Source of the DNA: Eledone cirrhosa
Taxonomy: Eukaryota
NCBI GenBank assembly: GCA_964016885.1
Contig: OZ024749.1
Location: 53,444,001-53,508,000, forward strand
Reading direction: 5' to 3'
Length of the DNA: 64,000 bases
Shown: positions 12,007-27,793 of the stretch, piece by piece
Layout: each line of letters starts with the position of its first letter
How positions within the stretch are numbered: the first letter of the stretch is position 1
Program-made: the position numbers and the translations under genes
Notes under the pieces: generated by a model
Database searches by the model: none
Seen by the model: the letters and a program-made list of their open reading frames with translations, nothing else
What the model was told of the DNA's origin: nothing

Positions 12007-12551
12007 AAGCTAGTCAAATAGAATTGATACAGCTTCAGCTGTTTCCTCACTCACTCAATGATAAAATTAGGATTTTAGAGTGCACACACGTTAATACACA
12101 CACTGCTGAAAACAAGAGACTGACATAGAATGCAAATGTATTCAAGAAACCTCTGAACATTTACTGTCTGAGATCCCAAACAAACCAATATTGTAGCAAA
12201 AAACATAAATGAGAGTAGCCTTGTCAAACTTTCTTATTTATCAGAAGCCAACCAGAGAAAGACGATGTATAGTGTAGCAGCAGTGATGACAGTGCCCCAG
12301 CATGGCCACAACACTTGAGTTAGAGAAAGCTTATAAAATAACAATTTTAGACAATTAAAATTTTCCTTTTTCTCTTTTTCTAAATATTGACTTAGGGAAT
12401 CTATTTCAATCCAAATATACTGTCAACTCTTGTAGTTAACCCTTGTTGCAGGCTTTCAGAATATAGCAACATATTCCAACATAGAATACAATAGTTACAT
12501 TATTTAATCATGCCTTTTTTTCACTTAATAACAAATTTATACAGAACTTAC

Positions 12552-12648
12552 CTCAACATTATCATCAACTTTGTAATCCAATTTTGGGGGCATTTCCTTT
12601 GGAGGTAACCGGACTTCAGAGAATTTAACTCTTTTCTCTGGCAATGTA
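12552..12648 (-). CDS. FMR1: FMR1/FXR exon 3 (TLPEKRVKFSEVRLPPKEMPPKLDYKVDDNVE)
   Basis: AG/GTAAGT sites; 97 nt; phase matches exon 2; VR(L/F)PP motif; follows a 15.1 kb intron. Confidence 0.9.
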
Positions 12649-15600
12649 CTAAAAAAAATAATAATAATAACAATAATAATGTTTTCTGATTTAGGTAGTG
12701 ACTGGTACTTTATTTTATTGAACCCCGTAAGGATGAAAGGCAAAGATAACCAGGACAGGATTTGAACTCAGAACGTTAGAATGTTGTAACTAAAAACCAC
12801 AAAGCAGTTTGGTCTGCTCTCTAGACACAAATTAATAATTACACTAAATTCACCATTACAGTTATAACTTAAACTTGACACCAGAAGATATTACTGTACA
12901 AACAAATGTTTTTATCAGGAGACTGATTGCCAAAAAACAATCATTCCTTCCAATAATATTCAGTTAAGCTCCTATTAATGTTCAATATTTGTCATTTATT
13001 GAATATTGATCCAGTAGAATTGCCTGACAAAATGCTTAACCATTAACATTAGCAAAACTGTCTTGAAAAGTACAAAACAGCAGTATGACTGCATTCATAA
13101 AAAATTAAAGTCTTTACTCCTAATTCTAATACTGCAAATTTTACAATGATTTTTCTACTATTAAAAGAAAAACATTTGAATTACCAAACCTATATTTTTG
13201 TTTAGATATTTTCTGCTAAATCATTACAGGATGTTATTATTTATAGATAAATAAAGAGGGTGTTTATTGTTGGCCTTTGGAATCTACTGGATTGTAATAT
13301 AGTCCTTTCAGCATTTCTGGATAACTAACCATTCTACATGTGTGCATGTGGAATTGCTTGAGTTATTTCACATTCCATTTTGAGGAGTATGTAATATGAT
13401 ATTTTACTGCCAAGATACCTAAATATTTCTATGTTCTTTCAAGGAGTATTATCTCAAGCGACAATTAGCTGTACAATTGCAATAAATTTTTCCAAAGACA
13501 TGTATATATATATATATTGGTCATAGCTAGGACAGCAGAGGAATCTAACAGCACCAAGGATTGAGTATCATCTCTTAAAGCAATCATGAGCCAAACAGAA
13601 AACTGAAATCCAATGTCAGAATCATGTGAACATTAATCAGTGGGGGTGGGGGAGAGAGAGCAGCAAGGCCCTATTTCTGGTTATCTAAGAACTATCTGTT
13701 ACAGCCTTGATATATTTACTGAGTGAAACAATCTAGAGTAAGAAGGATCTCTCAACCAGTTGTACTTCCTTTTCAAAATGATATATATATATATATAATG
13801 GGGATAGATTCTACATAGACAAACTAATAGTTAAAATAGTGAATTGACAGAATCAGAGAATAGGACAAAATGGTTTGCAGTATTTCTTCTGGCTGTCTGC
13901 ATTCATCATAATCGTTTTAATATCTGCTGCTAGCAAGGTTTGGATGGATCTACATAGACCAAGTCAGTACTGAAGTGGGGCTACTGATCTCTCAACCAGA
14001 CCAAGGATCTCCCTCTTGCTTATGTAGCTCAGATTTTGCTGAAGTCAACTTTGTATCTCATCCCTTTTGGGGTTGATAAAAATAAAGTACCAGTCTAGGG
14101 GGGTAAATTGATAGAGCGTTTAACAAGATGCCCTGTGGTGTTCCTTCCAAATTCTACCATGACCTACTTAAGTGGTAGACTCAACCAGTCACCTGGATTA
14201 ATGCAACTAACTGAATCATAGGCATGTCTTTAGTAGTCCACTCTGTTCCAAGTAATCTGGCCAAGGAATACTTGATACATTATCAGAAGTCATTACTGCT
14301 TGTATGGACTGTATATTCTTCTAGATAAACCACGCTTCGATAATTGGAATTTGTGATATATTTAGTGTAATTAGTTAATATGCCATCAGGCAGCTCAAAA
14401 GAAAGATAGTAATTGGTAAAACAATTATTCAGATGTTTACAGAGGATAAGATGGAGATAGTAGGATAATTCTTGATAGGAAAACTAACATTTTCCCAATC
14501 TATATTATCACTACAAAATCACATCATGACATCACTGTCACTGTGTTATTATGATCACCCATAACCTAGCTTCCTAGTACCACAAAGTGCCTAAATTATG
14601 ATACTTTACTGTTGAAAACAGTTTTAAAAAACTGCATTTTTTCTTCTTTTAGTTAAGTAAACTTAAAACAATCCATTTTGCTTGATTCTCTTTTACAATA
14701 AAGCTGGCAGTCTCCCTTCCTAGCTTTTCATGCAAGAGGGTACAAGAAAAGCATTTTTTACAAATTGCATCCTTCATACATGGTATTCAATTTTAATCAA
14801 CATCCTGTACCACATAAAACCATATTAGTAAGACATTCTTGAAAAGTACAAAACAGCACTGAAATGGCATCACATTAAAAACTAAAGTATTTATTTTACT
14901 GCAAAGTTTTACAGCTATCTATCCATAGTAAAAATACTATAAACATGAATTAATAAGCCCTGTTTTTAGATATTTTCTGCTAAATCATTACAATTAATAC
15001 TGTAAATTTTCATGACTTGTCCACTAGTAAAGATACTATAAACATTTGAATTAATAAACCTTATTTTAATCATGACAGGATGTTAAGTACTGCAAAAACT
15101 GATTTTTGTTTGCTTGTTTATTTTGTTTTTGTTAAAGATTTCATGTTTAACATTGAGACATCAATATTTTTCATAATTTGGTAGAACTTTTAACCAGACA
15201 AGAATTTGGCCCACTTTTGTTACCAATCTGGCCAAAACTGTCTCTGGTTCTATGAAACCCACACATTTTAAAGATTTCTAATTTATATCAAAATGTTCTT
15301 AGAAATGAAATATTTTTTTTATAAACCTATCAAAATTCTTCATTAATTAATTGAAACAGTGTATTTCATTAGAAATGTGGTCATGGAAGGGTTAATAAAA
15401 AGCTTAGGCATGTTTATCAATTCAATTTATCACTATTTCAGCTAACAGCCTACCTCTTTTGATACCAACCCACTCACCCACCAAAAATGACCCCTAGTTC
15501 TTATGAAATAAACTATCCATTTTAAAGGTTTCCTATATAAATTAGAATCTTTCAACAAAATTTCATATAAGAAATATTTATAAATATCACATCAATGATG

Positions 15601-17275
15601 GTTTCTGATTCAGGCACAAGACCAACCAACAATTTTGAGGTGAGGAGAAAGCTGATTAAATCAACACCAGTGCATTATTGGTACTTTATTTTACTGTCCC
15701 CATAAGGATGAAAAGCAAAGCTAACCTCAGTGGGATTTGAACTCAGAACGCAAAGGTCCGTAACTACATGCTGCAAAGCATGTTTCCAATGCACTACCAA
15801 TCCCCTTTAATAATTTTTGTAAATTCTTCTAAATTCTCTAATTAATTTAGGTACATCATATTGCATTAGAAATATGGTAATGAAAGGGTTGAAACTGAAA
15901 ACAACAACGATCCCCCTAAATAAAATTTTAAAAAGCCTTCGTGCCATTAAGTTTAGACAATCACAATATAATAAAAACAGTTATTTTTTTCACTGCATAT
16001 TTCAAATGATTGTTCCGAATGGGTTTAATTTTCAATTTTAAACATGGCCATGTGAAATCATACTATGACCAGAAGCCAGTCCCAGAAGCAGACTATGGAA
16101 ATTTATTTATTCCTGTGTTCCAACAGTTTCTTTTTTTTTTTTTAAATATGGATAACCTAATATCTTTCATTCACATGGATGAATAAAGATACATTTAAAA
16201 AATAATGTTTGTCTTGAATTTAATAAGCCAGGTCAATGTTTTCGACAGTATCAATGCACTAAAAGTACTTCAAATATATTTTATTTTATTCTAAGCACAC
16301 TTACAATTAACCGCATTTTGCTCCATTACAATACATTTGTTAATTATATTTAATCTAAACATTTCAGTTAAATTTCATCCAGTAGTAAGATGTGATACAC
16401 ATTCATTTAGTAACATTTCTTGATTGTAATAATTAATCCAGTGGCCATCTTAATCTGTACTATTCACTAAATGTTCAATAAAGAAAAATCACTAATCATT
16501 CTGATGTGCAGTTTAAAGATTTAAAATGGCATGCAAGGGACTAATATGTAAAAACAAAAATAAATAATTAAATTCTTTACAATCGAGTACTTTCATCATC
16601 ACTGTTTAATGTCCATTTTCCACGCTAGCATGGGGAGTTGTACCATTATGAGACAAGTCAGATCAGATGACCATGTCTTGCTCATACAGAACTGTTTTGG
16701 GCTTGAATTTTAAAGCATGGAGAACATTTCAAATATTTATTTCCAGTTGAAATGGATGGAAGTACTTTATAATAAACACTCAAGTTTATAAGTTTGGAGA
16801 AGTTGGTCTGAGAGAAACATTTTCACTCTCTCTCAGACAAAAGGTCAGTTTAGAAACATCCCTGACATCCTTCGTTCTCTCCACAAGATACAAACTTATA
16901 ATTTTTATGCCTAATCAGACCATCTCAAGTTTCCTGGGACTGTTTTATACGATAAATATTACACATGAAAGCTATCATTAAGTTACAAGGACAAATTATG
17001 AACATTGAAGCATCAATGCATATTCCAGACTGAATGTAAACATATGTATGCCTACTTAAACACACCACACACGCATCAATGAAGGTTTATTACATATTCT
17101 TCAGTTGTATATTTTTCCATACTGTGATAAGTGAGATAATTTTACAAAATTTGGATTGGGATAGATGCCTGGGCATGTATTTTCTACAGCAAATATATTA
17201 AATGTAGTCGTGTTCAATTTTTCAATTAGCAAAGCTAAATGGTCAACTATAAATTTAAAACAATAGTACAACCAA

Positions 17276-17610
17276 TGAAGGTGCGTGGTTTGGTGGTTAG
17301 AGCATTGAGCTCACAATCGTAAGGTTGTGAGTTTGAATCCAGGAATGGGTGGTGCATTGTGTTCTTGAGCAAAACACTTTTTTCACATTGCTCCAATTTA
17401 CTCAGCTGTAAAAATGAGTTGCAACGTCACTGGTACCAAGCTGTATCGGTCATTGCCTTTCCCTTGGACAACATTGGTGATGTGGAGTGGGGAGACTGGT
17501 ATGCATGGGCGACTGCTTGTCTTCCACAAACACACCTTGCCCAGGCTTGTGCCTCGGAGGGAAACTTTCTAGGTGCAAAACCTTGATCATTCATGAACAA
17601 AGGGGGTCCT
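17276..17610 (+). mobile_element. tRNA-derived SINE with the same head and core but a different 3' body
   Basis: A/B box-like head; TTCTTGAGCAAAACACTTT..CACATTGCTCCA core. Confidence 0.8.
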
Positions 17611-18496
17611 ATGACAATGACAATGAATTACAGCCACTAAGTTTAATTTTATGATTTTATAGAAGCATTATGACTTCAAAACCCATCAAGATCAATTTTA
17701 CCTTTTCTCCTTCCAGGATTGATATACTGCATGTATCTGATTTAGAATAATTACATCATATTCCACCAGGTAATAGGAGATGACTAAAAGAGTTGGTACC
17801 AAGAAGGGCATCAGTCTGTGAAACATTGCCTCAAAAAGGACCACCACATGATGGATATAAAAATATCTATTATAGAATCCATGAAGTTATCTCCAGAAAA
17901 AATAGCCTTAAAACAATTGTGTTATTGTGTTACACCATACTTCGCAGCATAGTTACGACCCTTTACGTTCTGATTTCAAATCCCGCCAAGACTGGCTTTG
18001 CCTTTCATCCTTACGGGGGTTGATAAAATAAACTACCAGTAATGGACTGGAGTCAATTTAATCGACTTCACCTCTCCCAAAATTGTTGGGCTTGTGCCTA
18101 AATCAGAAACCATTATTGTGTCGTTTGAAGTCTGATAAAGTACCAGTCATGTGGTGGTAGGCTAGAAGAAGTGTTAGTGTCAGACAGCATGTCTGGCAAT
18201 ATTTGTTCCAGCTCTTTGTAATCTGAGTTCAGTCACCATAGAAACGATTGGGTCTCCACACACTTATGCATAGTTAAACATGGATAGCCTTAGAGAAATC
18301 CAGATAATTAATGATGAAGATACATACATACATAAAACTGATAAATAAGCAAAAATCCAAATAATTAAAGCTAACTTTGCTTGGGGAGGTGGTGGGGAAG
18401 ATATACTAGCTGCTCCATGGATGCAAGAGTTTGGTTCAGTTGCAAGCACTCTGCCAGACTCCAAACAGGGGTTCTTCTCATTTCACAGTGCATTAA

Positions 18497-18703
18497 CCCT
18501 TTAGCATTCACATTACTCTATATATACTATTGTATTTTCATGGTAAAGGCTTTACCTTGCATAATTATCTCATATAATACCAAATCTATGAGATTTTGAA
18601 AGTATTTATTTTGAGAATACCTTAACATCAATTTGAGTGGCCAGTTACAGCCAGTTTCAACAGAAAGAGGTAGAGAATTCTGTCCGGTTTGAACATTAAA
18701 GTG
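18497..18703. mobile_element. Second piggyBac-type MITE family
   Basis: TTAA|CCCTTTAGCATTCA ... TGAACATTAAAGTG|TTAA. Confidence 0.65.
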
Positions 18704-21700
18704 TTAAAAAAAACCTTTACATGCCGAAAAGCATCCTAGTCCACACTGTAAAGTGGCTGTGTAGGTGTCACAGCACAAAGTACACACTGTAAAGTGGTTG
18801 GCATTAGGAAGGGCATCCAGCCATAGAAACCAAGCCAGAATCAGTTCTGTATGAGCAGGACATGGTCATCTGATCTGGCGTATCTCACAACAGGACAACT
18901 CATCTAACCCATGCTAGTGTGGAATAATGGACGTTAAATGTTAATAATGATTTGCACTAAACCTACAGGACAATTCTCCCTCTGTTTCTCTATGAGTGGA
19001 CTCAGGATCCAACCTAAACTCCACACTTAAACTCTTAACACACAGCCTGTTCCTCTGAAAAACAAAGTTCATCTCTGCTGTCCAGCCTACATTCTGCTCA
19101 AATTTCATACTGAAAAGCATTGTCTGAGAGTGTGTATATATATATATATATATTCCAATATTCCACTTGGATATCTGCAACAACAACTTCCGGTTACTCG
19201 TGTTCAAAATCTCCACCACCACACACCCCGTTACACATGCATCCTTTACTGCTCCCTTCAATCAGGTTTCTTCCTACATTTTCACACATTTTCAAGTTAT
19301 CTCGGGTGACTACAGCAATCAGCAATCTTTCAGCTTCTCACACAGGCAGAAATCAAATTTTTGTAAGGTTTATACAGATTGACGCCCTTCCTATAACCAA
19401 CCACTTCATAGCATGGTTGGGTTTATCGTGTAGGTCACCAACACTAGGGAGGCTGTCATGTCCTCTCAGCCCTTTGTTTGTCCCATACATATTATGCAGT
19501 TGACCACCTTTGGCCTCTGCTGCATATTAAGTCAGCTGATTGGTCAATGCTATGCTATCTACCCCTGGCTGCATATATGACAAACAATCCTCTTAGGCAA
19601 GGCCCTCTATACACCACACACTACCAAAACTTGTAAGCCCTAAATGGTATATAGTTGTGCTCCAACAGTTCAGATAAAGACTAAAACACTGATTCACTAC
19701 TAGAAACTGGACGGCTTTTACAATCACAACTCCTATGAGACCATCAGCCAAAACATGAAGAATGCTTCCATACATTGCATATCCTCCAATCTTTCTTACA
19801 TCTCAAACTACATCCAATCATTTTGGTTCTTTGCCAAAAGGATATTTACCATCTTTGCTTCCACTGCTCTAAATGAGGGATTCTCTAAGCATTACCCTTG
19901 CATTTGCTGTCCCTCACCAGGTAAACACCAACTGCCAAACCAACAAAACTAAGATACTGTTCCTTCCAATCTACCAGGTAAACACCTGAAATGTAAGAAC
20001 ACTTCAGGTTCCTTCAAACCAATAAAGCCAAGACACAGCATGCAAGGATGGAGACATTTATTCATAGCCACACTCTCCAGCATTTTGAATCTTCTCTCTC
20101 TCTTTTTAATGACCACAAATATGGCTTCTGTAAAACCAGGTCTGTTGGAGACTTCGTCTCCTGTGTCCTCCAGCATTGATAACTGAAAACAATGTTGTGG
20201 CACATGAGAATACAAATGCATTCAACCGTATCTGGCAAGTGAATCTCTGGCTAAACACCCTCCCCATGGTCTCCATTCATCTGACATCTCTTGAATTAGA
20301 GGCATTCTATCAAACTGCCTTATTAAAACAGCTCTCCCTGACTAAGACTAGGAATTCTGGTACAACCAACTACTAGGTTATGTCTCCACATTCTTCCTTA
20401 TATATCAATGACTTATTTGCCATAACCTCCAATAAAGCCCACTCTTAGGCAGAAGTGACCACCCTTCACTCTTCTTTAACCTTTCACACCTAAGCTAGAC
20501 ACCTTCTGTCAAACTAGCACCAACCTCATGAAGATTGATGCTAAAAACTTTTTCCAATGGATTACCAATCTTTCCTTCAACAGCACAAAACAGAATCCCC
20601 TCACATAATTGTTTCTACTTTTGGCACAAGGCCAGCAATTATCTCAGTGTATTACTGGTACTTTATTTTATCGACCCGGTAAGGATGAAAGGCAAAGTTA
20701 ACCTCGGCGGGATTTGAACTCGGATCATAAAGGGCCGTAACTCTATGCTGCAAAGCATAGCGTATGAAGAAAATACACCCCTGAATAACATGCAACTAGA
20801 ACCCTCAAGATTGCTATAAATGCTACACCTCATCTTCACTGAGTATTTTCCCTGGCCTTTTTCTTCAGGGCCAGAAAATACATCAAACCCTAACAGCAAC
20901 TAACCCTCTACAAAATTCAAGTGAGACCCACAATTAAGTATGCTCCCACTACATGTACAGGCATCCTAGACCACATCCCAGAAGAAACTACCCAACTGAT
21001 TTACAGCAACCCCTGGGAATGGGTAACAAAAAAATTTAAAGCCTCCAAACTATAAAATATACAAATTCAATAGATCTAAGGGACCTGTAGTGTTCATGAC
21101 TCTCATATGGGTTCACAGCACAAGCTCAAGAAAACACATTCACTTACACCAACTGTGTACCACAATCTTCTTATATAATAGTTACTGGTTTGATTCATAT
21201 TTGGTAACTTCAAACATTCTTTGTTCTTTTGCCCTTAAATATATTTTACTGACAAAGAACTGTCTGTATTTTACAAGACAATGTTTCCACTTATGAGTAG
21301 CCACCAATATATATGGAGAGTAGGCCAGAACACTTTGGAGAAGAGCAATATCATCATCATCATTTCATGTCCATTCTTCCTGCTGGCAAGGGCTGGATGG
21401 CTGGCCACAGACCAAATTGATAATCAAGCAAGGCTATTGACCACAGAAACAAACTGGGGCCACCCACACCTTGCTTACACACAGTCTGACACTACTGAGC
21501 ATTCAGATGGTTCAGGAGTCTGCATCGTGCTTACAATTATTCCCACACTCTACCAAATGCATTTTATTGTGGCACCAACACTAGGGAGGCTACCATGACT
21601 TTGACACAGTTGAAGAGTCAACCCAACCTTTTGTTTGGCAAGTGTACTAAATAAATCTTTTCTAATAGTATATCTAAAATCCCGAATTTTGTACTAAATG

Positions 21701-24700
21701 GACAAGCCATCAGTGGACTGAAAACTACTACACTCGTTACAGAGATTCCAAAAGTTGATTTAATTGACTTTACCCTTCCCTCCAAAAATTGTTGGCCTTG
21801 TGCCTAAATCAGAAAACATTATTAAAGCTCTCTTCCATGATTCTTACACCAGCTTTTAGTGTTTCATATTCAGTAATTTATTAAATATAGAAACAAGAAA
21901 AAAAAAAAATCATTCTTATTCTTTCAGTCACTTTCAAATTTGCTTTTTGCTTTGTTTAGGAATGCATAATGTATTTTATAAAGCAATTAAAATAAATCTA
22001 ACTAAGCACTTTTTCCACATTCATCACAATACTAAAGGAAAGTCCCTGTATGTATTATACACAAGGTATTTTTTCTACAATTTTATTGCCCAGTATGGAC
22101 TCATAACTCCTGAAAGTCGTAGGGGCACTGCATTGACATACAGCATATCTAGGGTATTTTTTAAAACCTGGTGGAGCCCATCTCCTTTCCGGGTCTAAAT
22201 ACAGCAGATTCCTTCTGGAGAAGGATAGAAAATGATAGAGAATGGAAGTGAGAAAGAGATATAGAGGAAGAATCAACCCCAGTACTTGACTGGTACTTTA
22301 TCAACTTCAAATGGATGAGGACAAAGTTGACTTCTGTGTGATTTGAACTCAGAGAGCCGAAATGAATACTGCAAAGCATTCTATCTGACGCTCTAACGAC
22401 ACTGCCAATTCACCACCTTATATTATAAACAAATAATACAGTAATTACACACACTTTAATGTGTTTTTGTATCATAGAACAGAACATTAAATAATGATAA
22501 ACCACAAGAAGTAGTAGTATCAATAGGGTTATACTAGAGAATTCCAACAATCAACTTTCCAGAAATTCAATATTTAATAATTATAGATAGGAATTGATCA
22601 ACAAATTATCTTACCGACTCCGTAAGGATGAAAGGCAAAGCTAACCCCCACAGAATTAGAACTCAGAAAGTAAATAGCTATAACTATGCTGCAGACCATG
22701 TTGTCCAACACTACTGATTCTGCCAATTCATCACTCTCCTTAACTCCAGTAATCTTCATTTTTATCCTTAAGATAACATTTTGAAGAAAACCTGAACATT
22801 TCCAGGAACACTCTTGTTTCTCTCCTCAGTGTCAGCCCTCATATTACAAACACCCAAACCCCAGACATGTCCTCTACACCTTAACATACACTGTATTACT
22901 CTTTGCATAAACTCTACAGACTGTTACAATTCTATTTATCTACTCTCTCACAGGTGAGGGGCCTATTGGCGTGTTGGACTTGTTCCCCAACTGGGTTGTA
23001 TGTTGTGTTCTTGAGCAAAACACTTCATGTCACATTACCCCAGTATACTCAGCTGCTGAAAATGAATAGCATGAATAGCTGATGGTTTAACCTTGCAATG
23101 GATTGGTGTCCTGCCCAGGAGGGAGTTTTGTACTATCAGTTGCTTAAGACCACAGAAACCAAGATAAGCATCGGCCTGGGAAGCCTCCAGGCTTGAGACA
23201 GGCTTTAGACTCTCACAGAAACATATTCCTAAAATAGTGTCTCAACAAGTCTTCATCCTATGACAAGAATGGGTTTTTACAAACTGCAGTGTCGGGTTAA
23301 ATCCCGTGTTTTTCAGGATACCAGCATCACGTTTTTTTTGTTTATGCATAGTAGAGTGAAAGCATAATAGCTGTGAGGTTAACATATTGATCTAATTATA
23401 TGATGATCAATTTATCTTGGAAAAGATAAATTACTATATGCCTTCATCTGCCTGACTGACAAACAGATTTCAACCCTATTTCTATTTTGTGATTAATCAC
23501 AGAAATGTTATTTTCACCTATAATTATAAATGTTCAGTAATATGAAAGTGTCCTAAAATACAAAAGGTCACCCTATCAATGTTATACATCAAGGATAAGT
23601 GGGTCTGAAAACCTCTCCTCATTACTGCAAAACATCAGCCAGAGAAGTCCAGGCTGACCCTCCTCTGCATCTAACCAATCCAACAGAGCCAGCAAGGACT
23701 ATTTCCTTCCTTGTGAATAAATATAAAAGAAAACCCAACATGTAAATATAAAACATTCACATTTTACAGTTGAAAGCACCTCCCAGTTTCTTTTAACCTT
23801 TTTAATACAACCCACCCCAAAAACACCTCTGGTTCTATGAAACAAAACCACACATTATATTAAAACATTCGGACACAATCTTACATGAGAACCTTTTTTT
23901 AAATTCTGTTACAAATACTATCTTAATAATGAAATAATGATTTGAGTAATTGTACCCCCCTCACCTCAACTGCAATTTATGTTGGCTCTCTCCGTGTTTT
24001 GGTCCAAGTCAAGATGTTATGGTTTTTGTTTAGCTTCAACCTACATCCACTTCAATCTCAGTCTCATACTTCTTATCACTTAACATATTTGCTAAAAAAC
24101 ATCTTTTCTGCTATCATTATTCAAGTTACTATGTAATTCTCTACAGCAACTACTGTATTTTCATAGCATCAACCCCAAATTTTGAGATGGGGAAGAAGGG
24201 GAAGATATAAAAACAGGGTCTCAGTAAATTTGTTTTGTTAGGGTCTTAGTGTTATATCCTGTTGATCATTTATATTCTGTATTTTTTCTTTTACCAAATA
24301 ACTTTTTTAACAGCTCGATTTTACATTTGTCATTCTCCAGTACTTCCCCTCAGATTCATGGTTGTTTGGGGAGAGAGAAAATACTGATAAAAATTGGTAT
24401 ATCACACAAAGATAACTAAAAGTCAGCTGGTTCTTCAACTAACGCCTACCAATAATGATATGAATTTTAGTAATTACATAAAAATCAGTCATTTTAGGCT
24501 TGCTTTTCATGCCAGATTGAATTGGATATGCTACCGTGGCCCGAGTCAGAGTTATTAACCCTCCTGCGAGATCCCATTTTTGTAAGGATTTCAATGACTG
24601 GATGCTCTTAAGAATGGTTTCTGCTTTAGGCACAAGGCTGACAATTTTGGGGGGAGGAGAAAGTTGATTAAATCAACTACCAGTGTGTTACTGGTACTTA

Positions 24701-26941
24701 TTTTATGAACTACCATAAGGATGAAAGTCAAAGCTAAGCTCAGCAAGATTAAGAATGCCAACAACTTTACTGACTACACTGGATGTTTATTTTATCATGG
24801 CACCAGCAATAGGTTACCTCCTTGACATGACTAAATGGGCTCTCACTGGACCCTACGTTACCACTGTTCAATTCAGGACCAGTTTACAGAGTGTACCAAC
24901 AAATAAGTAGCTATCTTTGAATAACCCAATCCACCTCAACAGTCATACATCCTCAGAAATATATGGATATGAAACTGAAACGGTGATACAATTCTCGGAA
25001 ACGAAAACTGAAACCAATGAAAATGACTCAACAGTTCATGCAACCTACTAGAATAAAAACGACCTAAGTCTTTATAAAATCCTACTATATTTTCTTTAAT
25101 GGACACATTGGATATTGTAGTTATAGAAAACACAAAACCTGTGAAACAAACCGAGATCAGATGGTCATGGCGTGACTGTCTTTTACCATAGGTTTGGCCT
25201 AGGGCTAAATAAACTACACGAAAACTAATTTAAAAGCTACAGAATGTTGAATGCTAATAAAGATTTCCAAATTTGGCTTAAATCTACCCTCCCTCCTCTG
25301 TAGTAACAAGTTTCCTATCTATGCTCACTGATGCTACTAAATAAATACTAAATAATAAAAAAAAAAAAATTTTGACCAACCAAGGCATAGAATTGTGGTT
25401 AGATTTCTTGGATTTTCTCTTCAAAATCTAGAGATATTTTAATAGTTAAGTGGCATATGAGACTGTTTATGAAAGAGTGATGCTAGAGCTGTGAAATTTT
25501 GCATGCATTACTTTCAACTCTTCTTTTTAATAACCTGCATTGTTTCTTTCCAGGGACTATGTTGAAAAATAAACCTCAAGTGGTCATTCCATGAGTATCT
25601 TTGTCAGCCGACCCTCGGTATCTGCCAGTGAAGTATTTATCTCATATATATATATATTATTTAGAACCGATTTCTATTCCTTAAATATGAAAATAACTAC
25701 ATAGGGACTCCTAACGTTCGATGGTGAGAGTACCTACATAGCCCATAGTACAACTTTCTAAATCTAAAATACTAAGATGCCCATGTGTCTATATAAATGA
25801 CTAGTATAATTTGCAATATTTGTCTATCAATATGCTTGTCAGTCAGAATAACTTGTGTGCGCGCCAACAATATCTATTTATCGACATTATATACATTCTG
25901 AGTTCAAATCCCGCCGAGGTTAACTCTGCCTTTCATCCTTACGGAGTCGATAAAATAAAGTATCAGTAACGGACTGAGTAATTGCTGGCCTTGTGCCAAA
26001 AGTAGAAACAATTATATATATATATATACACACACCAATACTTTCATCTACATCAGTCTTGTATATCTGCCTCTCCCCATTGGCCTCCCAACTGTGTTAG
26101 TCACGGTGAAAGTGTGTATAAATATATATATATATAGTACACTTTGGTGATAAAGTTAAAAGGGATAAAATTATTTCGGTAGAATTTACGTTAAATATAA
26201 AACGAAGTGCAGACGAGTTGACAACTAAATAAAAGTCTAATAAAACAAGAGAAATTGAACATTTTATAATACACCTGTTTATATAACAGAGTGGGATGAT
26301 AAAAATACCAACTGAAGAACAGAGAAAAAAATGATTATTTATGTGTTGAAGAATAATTAAACCTTAAGGTACGGTGAGGTAATTTACTTATAAATTAGAT
26401 GTCCATAATAATAATAAACTCAATGGTGGTGCTTTTTACGCGGTCGTTCCATCGGTTACGGATAACAGCCAAATTTCCTTTAAAGCACGCCCTACTGTCT
26501 TAAAGAGGAGACACCGCATAATTTTAGTTCTAAATACCGCCGAAAAAACAGAGATGGTCACGATCGGAAAGTCTTCGATCATAAATCTAGTCAATCAAGG
26601 CTGAACCGGGGCCAAACAGTAACTTTTAAACAACTCAGCCTAAACTTAAAACCACGATTATATTTTGGCTATAATTTTTACTGCTTTTGAAAATTTAAAC
26701 AATTAGACTTGGTATGAAAAAATTCGATTGATAAATTTGTCATCATGACCTCTAAGTAGAAGATAAAAATTACTAATTCTCTAATTCAAATATTTAAAAA
26801 CTCATTTCGAAACCTGACGAACAACAATTTAGAATGGTTAGCCTTAAAGTATTAACAAGAAACAAACTAGATAAAGTAATAAGTAGAAACTTGATAGAAT
26901 ACGCATCGTAATCAACAATAGTCAACATTATACACACACAC

Positions 26942-26985
<44 letters not shown>

Positions 26986-27740
26986 AAAAAAAGTCTAATC
27001 CATTAACATTTAGGTTTTTTGATGAGTTGAAACTTGTCGACGGTTGTTCGGCTGATTTTGGCTATCATCTAGCACCACACACACACTGAAATTTAGCAAA
27101 CTACGCAACTGTAACTATTCAAGAAGTACACAGTAAAAATGGCTAAATGAAAAAAAAAAAAAACTTCAAAAGATTCTTCAACGGTGAAGTAAAACTATGA
27201 TGGCCTACTACTTGGTGATTAAAACATAAGTGAAGATAACCACAGAGAAAGAAATTAACGCTGCTGACTTTTACAGGTAAAATGTGAGAGAGAGAGAGAG
27301 AAGCAGTAATATATAAGATGACTGTTGTATATTAGTTTATTCTACGTTGTTCTTTAACAGAGAAAATCTCCAAATATATCGCGTGGTTATAAAATGTAGG
27401 ATCAAGTTACTGGAGTTTATTCGGTCTCACAACTCACATCACTCATCAAAACTAACTCCAACATGAAAACTCACAAGAAAAAACAACAAAAAAAAAATGT
27501 TCTATTGCTAGCAATTTGTTTTTGTCAAAACAAAACAAAAGCCCCTTTAAAAAAAAAAAAATTCAACATTTAAAGTATTTATTTGATAAATAAATAGAAC
27601 ACAAGTACTTATTAGATTTCACGCAAATAAAGACAAATATGAAGAGGATTAGTGTTAAAATGACGATATACTACTAATTCTTCGTATGTATTTCTAGATA
27701 TGAAATCGCGTCTAATAAAAGAGTAAAATGAGAAACTTAC

Positions 27741-27793
27741 CTGTCTTCAAACGTAACAGTAACCTCATCATCGTGAATATTCTTGATAAAAGC
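27741..27793 (-). CDS. FMR1: FMR1/FXR exon 2 (AFIKNIHDDEVTVTFED), Agenet/Tudor 1
   Basis: AG acceptor and GTAAGT donor; 53 nt; similar to FMR1 AFVKDVHEDSITVAFEN. Confidence 0.93.

Noticed and set aside
17276-17350. tRNA gene (also other SINE heads)
   Set aside because: A/B boxes run into SINE core; no complete cloverleaf evident
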